Shown here: in pieces, positions 55,612 through 64,000 of the stretch
Layout: every line of letters begins with the position of its first letter
Numbering within the stretch: position 1 is the stretch's first letter
The notes under the pieces: model-generated
What the model was told of the DNA's origin: nothing
Seen by the model: the letters and a program-made list of their open reading frames with translations, nothing else
Database searches by the model: none
Assembly (NCBI GenBank): GCA_963703505.1
Contig: CAVPEL010000002.1
Coordinates: 32,207-96,206 of the forward strand
Length of the DNA: 64,000 nucleotides
Direction: 5' to 3'
From: an uncultured Actinomycetota bacterium
GTDB lineage: Bacteria > Actinomycetota > Actinomycetes > CAVPEL01
Program-made: the position numbers and the translations under genes

Positions 55612-57004
55612 TCAGGCCGAACGGGCGAGTGGACGGGCGTGGGCGAGGTGTGGGGTGCGGCCGGGTGGGTCGGGTGCTCGGCTGGTGTAGTGGTGCCCGG
55701 TGGGCGTGGTGATGTGCACGACGTGCGGGTCGCCGGGATCGTTTCCGGGATGGGCTTGCCAGCCGGGGGCCTGTTTGGCGTAGTTGCAGGCTTCGCACAG
55801 CCCTTGGCCGTTGGTCAGGCTGGTGGCGCCGCCGTCGGCGTGGGCTCGGGCGTGGTCGATGTGGCGGATGGGTGCGCCGCACCAGGGTTGTCGGCAGAAC
55901 TGATCGCGGGTGATGATCAGCTCGCGCAGCGCGCCGGTGAACTCCCGCCGGTGCGTCTCGATGCCGGCGAGGGCGCCGGTGTCCGATGCGGTGAACAGCC
56001 GGCGAAGCCACACCCGGGCGGAGTCGTCGCGGTGGCGCAGCAGGTCGCGTACCCAGATGGCGGGGACCGGCCCGTAGCCGTCCAGGTGGGCGGGTTCGTC
56101 ACCGCCGCCGAAGAGCGCGAGGTCGGTCATGACCAGCTTGATCTCCACCCCGACCCCGGTGGGCAGCCCCACGAACCGGTCGAGGTCCGCGTCGTCGCAG
56201 GTGACTGCGTCGCGGTTGTCGCGTGGGGAAGTGCCGGAGCTGGGGTCGCGTCGGCCGGTGACGGCATCGACGAGGAGGTCGGCCATGAGCTGCCCGCGGG
56301 AGCGGGTGTCGCCGACCGCTTTGAGGGTGTCGGTGGCGGCGGCGAGCCGGGCCTGGCAGGCGACCGCGGAGGCGACCGGCAGCAGCGCGGTCAGGTAGGC
56401 CATGGTGTCCGGGGCGGGGCGCACGCTCACGCACCTGCCGCTTTCCGCGCGGCGCTGCCGCTCGACGTAGCCGGCCTTGTCGAGCTGATAGGCGAGCTTC
56501 TTCACCTTGGCCTCGACCTGCCGGTCGCCCAGGGACTCCAGGCGCGGCCCGATGCGGGCGTCCACGGCCGCCCGGTCCTGCGCGGACAACCAGATCGTGT
56601 GCTGGGCGACCAGGAACGCGCGCCGCTCGGTGGTCGCGCCGCGCGCCAACGCGGTGTGGGTGTGCGGGAGCTCGGTGACCAGCACGCGGGCGTAGCCGGC
56701 GAACCGGCGGGCCGCGTGGTGCGAGGCGCGCATGGCCAGCCCTACCTGGGCGGCGATCCCGCGGCCGACATCGTCGGCGGGCACGCCGCGGGCGCGTTGG
56801 CTGGCCTCCTGCGAGGCCGCGAACGCGGCGACCTCCGCGGGCCTGCGCCGCTGCCGCGGCGGCCTTGAGCTCTTCCAGCGCGCGGATCCGGTCGACGCGC
56901 TCGGCGTCGTCGAGCCCGGGCCCGGTCTGGGACAGGCGCGTCACCAGCGCGGCGAGCTCGGCAGCGCCCAGCGGCTCGTCGCTACCAGCCAGTGTATCGA
57001 ACAT
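55612..57004 (-). CDS. DUF222 plus HNH endonuclease protein, REP13E12-like (frameshifted)
   Basis: ELPHT..L..G, RGQLMAD, LDGYGPVP, RDQFCRQPWC..HIDH..GG.T..N.QGLCEACN, TPTGH. Confidence 0.88.
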
Positions 57005-57012
57005 GTGTTCGA
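56997..57012. promoter_or_regulatory. LexA SOS box
   Basis: Perfect TCGAAC-N4-GTTCGA overlapping the DUF222 start codon. Confidence 0.8.
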
Positions 57013-57127
57013 CTGTAGCGGGCGGCTGTGACAATACAAGGTTCTCGGGCGCCCCTGTGGATTCCCGCACATCGGCCCAGTGCCGACCCTTCACGCGGCT
57101 ACGCCACGCCGCGCAAGGACTCCCACA

Positions 57128-57367
57128 TCATCGCGAAGCTCGACTCACGTCCGGGCCGGAGAAGAAGTCGGCCTTGTTGTGGCTTGGCCGTGCACGGAGT
57201 CCGTCGTCCGCCAACGTCTTGCGCAGCACGCTCTCCACGGCCGACACCTGATCTCCGTCGCTCAGCCCGTCCCCTTCGAACAGCGCGTTGATCTGTTGCA
57301 GCACCTCGCTCCACAGCACCAGCTGCGCTTCGTGGGCGCCGCGCGAGTCGGCCGCGACGAGCGGCAA
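57128..57367 (-). pseudogene. Fragment resembling the C-terminus of a type I restriction subunit R
   Basis: SEVLQQINALFEGDGLSDGDQV..ADFFSGPD recalls HsdR C-terminal tails; no helicase domain and no hsdM/S nearby. Confidence 0.5.
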
Positions 57368-57406
57368 CGGCTGTGACCGAGACCCTCACGGACGCCGCGA
57401 CGGCCG

Positions 57407-58132
57407 TCAGGACAGCGCCACCACCATCCACATGAGCGCCATGCCGGCGATCGTGAACATCAGGGTGAGCCGTGACGGGTGGCGGGAGTGTGCCTCAGGC
57501 AGGATGTCGCTGGTTGCCAGGTAGAGCAGGAAGCCGGCGAAGAAGCCGAGGTACAGCGCGAGCACGCCGTCGGACACCGTGAACAGCATGGTGGAGGCGG
57601 CGCCCAGGACTGGGGCGATCGCGTCGAGGCCGAGGAGCAGTGCCGCCCGCCGGCGGGTGTGGTGATGCGACAGCATGATGCTCACCGTGTTGAGCCCGTC
57701 GGCGAAGTCGTGGGACAGCACCGCGATCGCGACGGCCACCCCGACGGCCTCGTTGACCTGGAACGCCAGGCCGATGCCGACCCCGTCCATGAAGGAGTGG
57801 GCGGCCAGGGCGAAGGCCGACGCGGTGCCGACGCGCTTGCGGTGCCGGTGCTCCCCGTACTCCGCCTCATGCGCACTGTGCATCGCCAGGGCTCGCTCGG
57901 CGACGTGCAGCAGAAGGAAACCGCCGGCGAAGACCAGCAGCGGCGTCGGCACGTTGCCGAGCTTGCTGTGGGACAGCTCGAAGATCTCCGGCAGCAGGTC
58001 GAACGCCACCAGGCCGAGGAGCACGCCGCCGGTGAAGCCGAGGATCAGGTGGAGCCGGTCACGGTTGCGCAGCGCGAAGACGCCGCCGAGCAGGGTGGAG
58101 ACAAATGTGGCGAACGCGAACGCAATGACCAT
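57407..58132 (-). CDS. ZIP family metal transporter
   Basis: GGVLLG..DLLPE, His-rich loop, HSFMDG, HDFADG, LPEAH. Confidence 0.92.
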   Translation of the reverse strand: MVIAFAFATFVSTLLGGVFALRNRDRLHLILGFTGGVLLGLVAFDLLPEIFELSHSKLGNVPTPLLVFAGGFLLLHVAERALAMHSAHEAEYGEHRHRKRVGTASAFALAAHSFMDGVGIGLAFQVNEAVGVAVAIAVLSHDFADGLNTVSIMLSHHHTRRRAALLLGLDAIAPVLGAASTMLFTVSDGVLALYLGFFAGFLLYLATSDILPEAHSRHPSRLTLMFTIAGMALMWMVVALS

Positions 58133-58148
58133 GCCGGCAGCGTAGCGT

Positions 58149-58169
58149 AAAAGATAACCGTTCTTGTTA
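58149..58169. promoter_or_regulatory. Zur/Fur-family box
   Basis: AT-rich imperfect palindrome TAACAAGAACGGTTATCTTTT (minus strand) next to the TACGCT -10 box of the ZIP gene. Confidence 0.6.
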
Positions 58170-58607
58170 GCGGAGTAGCTGGCCGACGGCGCCGGCCACG
58201 ATGACCGCCACACCGGCCACCCTCAGGAGCCGCTGCCCGGCGTTCATCCGGGGCGCGGACAGGTAGCTCAGCCAGCCGACCAACAATGCGATCAGCAGCA
58301 GTGCGACGAAGCCCACCGGCCCCTCGACGATGAGGCCGAGCAGGAGCACGGCACCGATGACGAGCCCGAGCGCAGCGCGATGGGTCTGGTGGAGGAACAC
58401 CAGGGGCACCGCGCTGCGTCGCTCGATGGCGCGCCGGAGTGGACTGGCGGACGGCGTGGTCCAGGTGGACCCGCCGGGCGCCGGGCGCACCTTCCGGACG
58501 GGCCGCTGGTGCTCCGTCGGCCGCGCGCTCGCCGAGCGGGCGCGCGTCGTCCCCGGGCTCGGTCGGGGTGCGGGGCGCGGGGCGGACGTGGGCCGCTTCT
58601 TGGGCAC
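58167..58607 (-). CDS. Conserved actinobacterial membrane protein (DUF6703-like)
   Basis: LRRAIERRSAVPLVFL, TM helices, GWLSYLS.P..RLLR. Confidence 0.65.
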   Translation of the reverse strand: MPKKRPTSAPRPAPRPSPGTTRARSASARPTEHQRPVRKVRPAPGGSTWTTPSASPLRRAIERRSAVPLVFLHQTHRAALGLVIGAVLLLGLIVEGPVGFVALLLIALLVGWLSYLSAPRMNAGQRLLRVAGVAVIVAGAVGQLLR

Positions 58608-58691
58608 GGGCTCTCCTGCGGGGTGCGGGCAAGCTAGATGGCCAGGTGGGTAGCGTGAGGGCCTCCATCCTCGCGCATCCTGGGAGCGGTC

Positions 58692-59072
58692 GTGCTCGTC
58701 GTCACCCGCCATACCGTCGCTAGCGACGCTGCACCGGAGTTCCAGGCGCGGGCTCGGGAGGCGCTCGACGCGCTGGCCGCCTGTCCCGGCTACCTGGACG
58801 GGCGGATCGGCCGCGCGGTGGACGACCCGGCCGAGTGGGTGCTGACCACCGAGTGGGAGAACGTGGGGTCCTACCGGCGAGCCCTGTCGTCGTTCGGTGT
58901 GAAGGTGGGCGCGATCCCGCTGCTGTCCACCGCGCACGATGAGCCGAGCGCGTTCGAGGTGCTGTTCACGGACCGGTCGGCCGATCCGCGGACGGCGGTG
59001 AGCGATCGTGCCGCCGATGCGGGCACGATCGGCCTCGGTGAGGCGTCTAGCCCGGCAGTCCCGCCGGCGTAG
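58692..59072 (+). CDS. ABM domain protein
   Basis: PGY..GRAVDDP..W..VGSYRRALS..K..P..DEPSAFE. Confidence 0.85.
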   Translation: MLVVTRHTVASDAAPEFQARAREALDALAACPGYLDGRIGRAVDDPAEWVLTTEWENVGSYRRALSSFGVKVGAIPLLSTAHDEPSAFEVLFTDRSADPRTAVSDRAADAGTIGLGEASSPAVPPA

Positions 59073-59584
59073 GCGGATAGACCATCACCAAGAAGGCCGT
59101 GCTGTGCGCGGCCAGCCCTTGGTAGCGGTGCGGGGCATCGGCAGCGAATCGCAGACTCTCCCCGGGCCCCAGGTCGACCTCCTGGCCGATCGGACCTGTT
59201 GCGCACGCTGCCGCTGGTGACGGTGAACAGTTCCTCGACGCCAGGTGCGTGCGCCGCCGAGAGCTGCACGGCCTGGCGCACGGTCAGCCGGTACACCTCG
59301 GTGGTCACGGTCGCGTCCACACAGCGGTCGAGCAGGACGGCGTCGACGGCGGCCCCCTGCGTGTGAGCCGCGGGACCGGCGGCGGTCAGGACGGCGCCTA
59401 GCGGCACCTGCAGGACGGTGGTGAGGGCGAACAGCGTGTCCAGGGTCGGGTTGCGCTGGCCGGTCTCCAGCTGGGACAGCGTGGCCTTGCCCAGGCCGCT
59501 GCGGCGCGCCAGCTCGGACAGGCTCAGGCCCGACCGCTCCCGCAGGCCCCGGATGGCCGTGCCGACAGCCGAACCGACGTCCAT
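59047..59584 (-). CDS. XRE family regulator with cupin domain (frameshifted)
   Basis: GLSLSELARRSGLGKATLSQLE.G.RNPTL; H..GV.E; PGESLRF.AD.PHRY. Confidence 0.88.
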
Positions 59585-59655
59585 GCGGCCGCTGTCGATG
59601 CCAACCCCCTGCTGCTAGCGTTTCGTAAACGGAACACTACGGGAGGACGGTTTCG

Positions 59656-60838
59656 ATGGCGCGCCCGCTCCGCTTCACCGACATTGTGCCCTTCGACATC
59701 TCCAGCGTCGCGGACGGCGCGGACCGGCTCGGTCCGGACGTCCTGCGCATGGAGAACCTCGACACCGACATCGCACCGGCAGCCCGCGGCCATCGCCGCG
59801 ACTCGCGCGGCCATCGGGGATGTCTCCGCCTCGTCCTACCTTCCGTTCACCGGGCTGCGCGACCTCCGCGAGGCGATCAGCGACGACCTGGCCGCCCGGT
59901 CGGGCCACCGGTTCGACCCGGACACCGAGGTGGTCATCAGCAGCGGTGGGCTGGCGGCGATCCTCGCGGCGTTGATGGCGACCACCGACCCCGGCGACCA
60001 CGTTGTCGTCACCGATCCCTGCTACGCCGGGTTCATCGGCCGCATCCGCCTGGTCGGCGCCGAACCGGTGCACGTGCCGCTCCGCGTCACCGGTGGCCGC
60101 TGGCGGCTGGACCTGGATGTCATGGCCACCATCACCACAGCCCGCGCGGTGCTGTTGATGAGCCCGTCGATGCCGACCGGCCATGTCCTCACCGACGAGG
60201 AGTGGGCGGCGGTCGCCGCGCTGCTGGACCGCACCGGCGCCTGGTTGCTGTACGACACCGCGATGGAGCGGATCCTGTTCGACGGGGCCGCGGTGAACAG
60301 CCCGCTCAGCCGACCCGAGCTGCGTGGGCGCACCGTGGTGCTCGGCTCGGCGTCGAAGGAGCACCGGCTCATCGGTTGGCGCGTCGGCTGGGCGGCGGGA
60401 CCCGCCGAGGTCCTGCGCGACATCGCCCAGGCGATCATCTACAGCACGGTGGTGCCCAGCGGGTTCGCGCAGCTCGGCGTGCTCGCCGCCCTCCGCGACC
60501 CCGACCCCGGCATTGCGGCGGCCACGGCCGAGCTGCAGCGCCGCCGCGACGTCGTCCTGTCCGAGCTGGCCGGCTACCCGCCGGGCTACCCCGCGATCTG
60601 CCCGGACGGCGGCTGGTCGCTGCTGGTGGACGCGCATGCGCTGGGTACCGAGCCGCGCCAGCTGTCCGCCGCCCTGCTGGAGCACGGCCACGTTGCCGCG
60701 ACCCCGATGACCGCCTGGGGGCCCGCAGTCGCCCCTCGGTACCTGCGCCTGGTGTTCGCGAACGAGCCGCTCGAACGCCTGGCCGGTCTGCGGCAGCGGT
60801 TCGGGGCGGCCCTCGACCACCGGTGCGGTCGAGGCTGA
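59656..60838 (+). CDS. PLP-dependent class I/II aminotransferase (5' frameshift)
   Basis: YLPFTGL..LREAI, TDPCY, PSMPTG, YDTAME, SASKE..GWRVGW, YLRLVF. Confidence 0.9.
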
Positions 60839-60907
60839 TCGCGACGGCGGCGCTTGCGCGGCGGTACGCTCCCCAAAAGTTGAGCATCACGTCCGTAGGA
60901 GTGCGCC

Positions 60908-63597
60908 GTGCCGAAGTTCGTCTACGACTTCACCGAGGGCAACAAGGATCTGAAGGATCTCCTTGGCGGCAAGGGGGCCAACCTTGCCGAGATGACCAAC
61001 CTCGGGCTGCCGGTGCCGCCGGGGTTCATCATCACCACGCAGGCGTGCACCCACTACCTCACGCATGGGAGCACTCCGCCCGAGCTCCACGCAGAGGTGA
61101 GCGCGCACCTGGAAGCGCTCGAGGCGAAGATGGGCAAGCGGCTCGGTCAGCCGGACAACCCGCTGCTCGTCTCGGTTCGCTCGGGCGCCAAGTTCTCGAT
61201 GCCCGGGATGATGGAGACGGTCCTCAACGTCGGCCTGAACGACGAGAGTGTCGAAGGCCTCGCCAAGCAGGCCGGCACCGACCGGTTCGCCTGGGACTCC
61301 TACCGCCGGCTCATCCAGATGTTCGGCAAGACCGTGCTGGGCATCGAGGGCGACCACTTCGAGCACGCGCTCGACGCGGCCAAGGCCGCCAAGGGCACCA
61401 CCGACGACCTCGACCTCGACGCCGACGACTTCCGCGCCCTGGTCGCAACGTTCAAGGACATCGTGCGCCAGCAGTCCGGCCGGGAGTTCCCGACCGACCC
61501 GCGCGAGCAGATGGACCTCGCGGTCGAGGCGGTGTTCAACTCCTGGAACGCGCCCCGCGCCGTGCTCTACCGGCGCCAGGAGCGCATCCCGGCCGACCTC
61601 GGCACCGCGGTCAACATCGTCGCCATGGTCTTCGGCAACGTCGGGATGGACTCCGGCACCGGCGTGGCCTTCACCCGCGACCCGGCCAGCGGCCAGCAGG
61701 GCGTCTACGGCGACTACCTGCAGAACGCGCAGGGTGAGGACGTCGTCGCGGGCATCCGCAACACCGTCCCGCTGGCCAATCTCGAGCAGATCGACAAGCC
61801 CGCCTACGACGAGCTCATGTCCATCATGGAGACGCTGGAGAACCACTACCTCGACCTGTGCGACATCGAGTTCACCGTCGAGCGCAACAAGCTGTGGATG
61901 CTGCAGACCCGGGTCGGCAAGCGCACCGCGGCGGCGGCCTTCCGGATCGCCATGCAGCTGGTCGACCAGGGCCTCATCGACCTGGACGAGGCGCTCCACC
62001 GAGTCACCGGCGCGCAGCTCGTCCACCTCATGTTTCCGCGGTTCGACGACGCGGCCACCAAGGTGCGCCTGGGCAAGGGCGTCAACGCCTCGCCGGGGGC
62101 GGCCGTCGGCAAGGCGGTGTTCGACTCCGACACGCGCGCACGAGTGGGCCGAGCGCGGTGAGCACGTCATCCTGGTCCGGCGCGAGACCAACCCCGACGA
62201 CCTGCACGGCATGATCGCGGCGCAAGGGATCTTGACCAGTCGCGGCGGCAAGACCTCGCACGCGGCGGTCGTGGCGCGCGGCATGGGCAAGACCTGCGTG
62301 GCCGGCGCCGACGAGCTCGACGTCGACCTGGTGGGGCGCACGTTCACGGCACCGGGCGGCGTCGTCGTCGCCGAGGGCGACGTCATCTCTCTCGACGGCA
62401 CGACCGGCGAGGTCTTCCTCGGCGAGGTGCCGGTCGTCGCCTCGCCGGTCGTGGAGTACTTCGAAGGGCAAGCTCGACCCGGCGTCGGACGAGCTGGTCA
62501 GCGCCGTGCACCGGCTGATGGAGCACGCGGACTCCCAGCGCCGCCTCGGGGTTCGCGCCAACGCCGACACTGGTGAGGATGCCCAGCGGGCCCGCCGGTT
62601 CGGCGCCGCAGGCATCGGCCTGGCCCGGACCGAGCACATGTTCCTCGGTGAGCGCCGCCAGCTGGTGGAGCGTCTCATCCTGGCCACCACGGACGACGAG
62701 CGGGACGAGGCGCTGGCCGCGCTGCTGCCGTCCCAGCGGGCCGATTTCATCGAGATCTTCGACGCGATGGACACGCTGCCGGTGACGGTGCGGCTCATCG
62801 ACCCGCCACTGCACGAGTTCCTGCCCGACCTCACCGAGCTGTCGGTCAAGGTGGCGCTGGCTGGTGAGAAGGGCGAGGTCGACGAGCACGATGTCCGCGT
62901 CCTGGCTGCGGTACGTCGCCTGCACGAGCAGAACCCGATGCTCGGGCTGCGCGGGGTGCGGCTCGGCCTGGTGATCCCGGGGCTCATCGCGCTGCAGGTG
63001 CGGGCGATCGCCGAGGCGTCGGCGGAGCTGAAGAAGGCAGGCAAGGACCCGCGCCCGGAGATCATGATCCCGCTGGTCGGCGCGGTGCAGGAGCTGGAGA
63101 TCGCCAAGGAGCAGGCCGAGAAGGTGCTGGCCGAGGTGTCGGCGTCCACCGGCGTCGACGTGCGGTGCCCGATCGGCACGATGATCGAGGTGCCCCGCGC
63201 GGCGCTCACCGCCGGGCAGATCGCCGGCGCGGCCGAGTTCTTCTCCTTCGGTACCAACGACCTCACCCAGATGGGCTGGGGCTTCTCCCGGGACGACGTC
63301 GAAGGCTCGTTCTTCAGCGCCTACATGGACCTCGGCATCTTCGGCGTGTCGCCGTTCGAGACGCTGGACCGTGACGGCATCGGCCGGCTGGTCCGGATCG
63401 CCTGCGAGGAGGGGCGGGCGACCCGTCCCGATCTGCACCTGGGCGTCTGCGGCGAGCACGGGGGCGACCCCGACTCGGTGCACTTCTTCCACGAGGTCGG
63501 CCTGGACTACGTGTCGTGCTCGCCGTTCCGCGTGCCGGTGGCCCGGCTCGAGGCGGGCCGTGCCGTCGTGGAGAGCAAGGGCAGCGACACCCGGTAA
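60908..63597 (+). CDS. ppdK: Pyruvate, phosphate dikinase (frameshifted)
   Basis: LLGGKGANL, VSVRSGA..SMPGMM, GGKTSHAAVVARG, RTEHMF, SFGTNDLTQ, GVCGEHGG. Confidence 0.97.
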
Positions 63598-63627
63598 CCG
63601 TCGTCGGCCGCCGGTAGTGTCGCCAGG

Positions 63628-64000
63628 GTGAGCGACTCCATCACCAGGTACGGCTCCATCGCCCGGTACGACGAGGTCGACCGGGAGCGGATAGTCCCCG
63701 AACCGCCCAAGCGCCCCGGTCGGACCGCGTTCGAGCGCGACCGCGCCCGGGTCCTGCACAGCGCCGCACTGCGGCGCCTGGCCGGCAAGACCCAGGTGGT
63801 CGGCCCGGGCGACACCGACAGTGACTTCCCGCGCACCCGGCTCACCCATTCCCTGGAGTGCGCCCAGATCGGTCGCGAGCTCGGGGCGGCGCTGGGTTGC
63901 GACCCGGACCTGGTGGAGGCGGCCTGCCTGGCGCACGACCTCGGTCACCCGCCGTTCGGGCACAACGGGGAGAGCGCGCTGGACCTCGTCACGACCAGCT
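63628..64000 (+). CDS. dgt: dGTP triphosphohydrolase, 5' part
   Basis: [46 protein letters not shown] (not in the ORF track because it runs off the window). Confidence 0.93.
   Translation, partial: MSDSITRYGSIARYDEVDRERIVPEPPKRPGRTAFERDRARVLHSAALRRLAGKTQVVGPGDTDSDFPRTRLTHSLECAQIGRELGAALGCDPDLVEAACLAHDLGHPPFGHNGESALDLVTTS

Overview
High-GC actinobacterial chromosomal backbone with Streptomyces/Frankiales-like gene order. The order is rpmA(3' end)-obgE-proB-hyp-proA-nadD-LCP-rsfS-His phosphatase-tRNA-Ala(GGC), then mreB-like, treZ, a DEDDh exonuclease and gdx/sugE. It continues leuS-degV-comEA-comEC-holA/rpsT-lepA-MOSC-hemW-PAS/GGDEF/EAL-hrcA-dnaJ-rsmE, followed by an accessory patch (PGPGW protein, coiled-coil protein, repeat protein, HAD hydrolase, GerMN protein and ECF sigma). 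After that come HIT-phoH-ybeY-CBS-cdd-like-EamA-era-DUF3052, a TOBE regulator with modABC, a large sortase-anchored NIDO protein, leuA, TPR-GGDEF, recO-uppS, glyQS, DUF222/HNH, an HsdR-like remnant, ZIP, an XRE/aminotransferase pair, ppdK and dgt(5' end). Many core genes (leuS, lepA, glyQS, obgE, ppdK) carry single-base frameshifts, which points to an under-polished long-read assembly. CDS coordinates are therefore hand-joined across frames and approximate. I found no CRISPR array, prophage, integrase or clearly novel multi-gene system. The richest layer not shown by the ORF track is cis-regulation: a guanidine-III riboswitch, two Leu-rich leader peptides (leuS, leuA), a CIRCE inside the end of a c-di-GMP gene, a LexA box plus PafBC-type promoters, a Zur-like box, a SigE-type promoter, a candidate TOBE-regulator operator and many leaderless starts. 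The best oddities are a motif-degenerate orphan MreB paralog, a tRNA-Ala with C33, a W-x3-G repeat protein and a propeller/Ig/NIDO/LPFTG surface protein. All homology and motif calls are from recognition, not from database searches.
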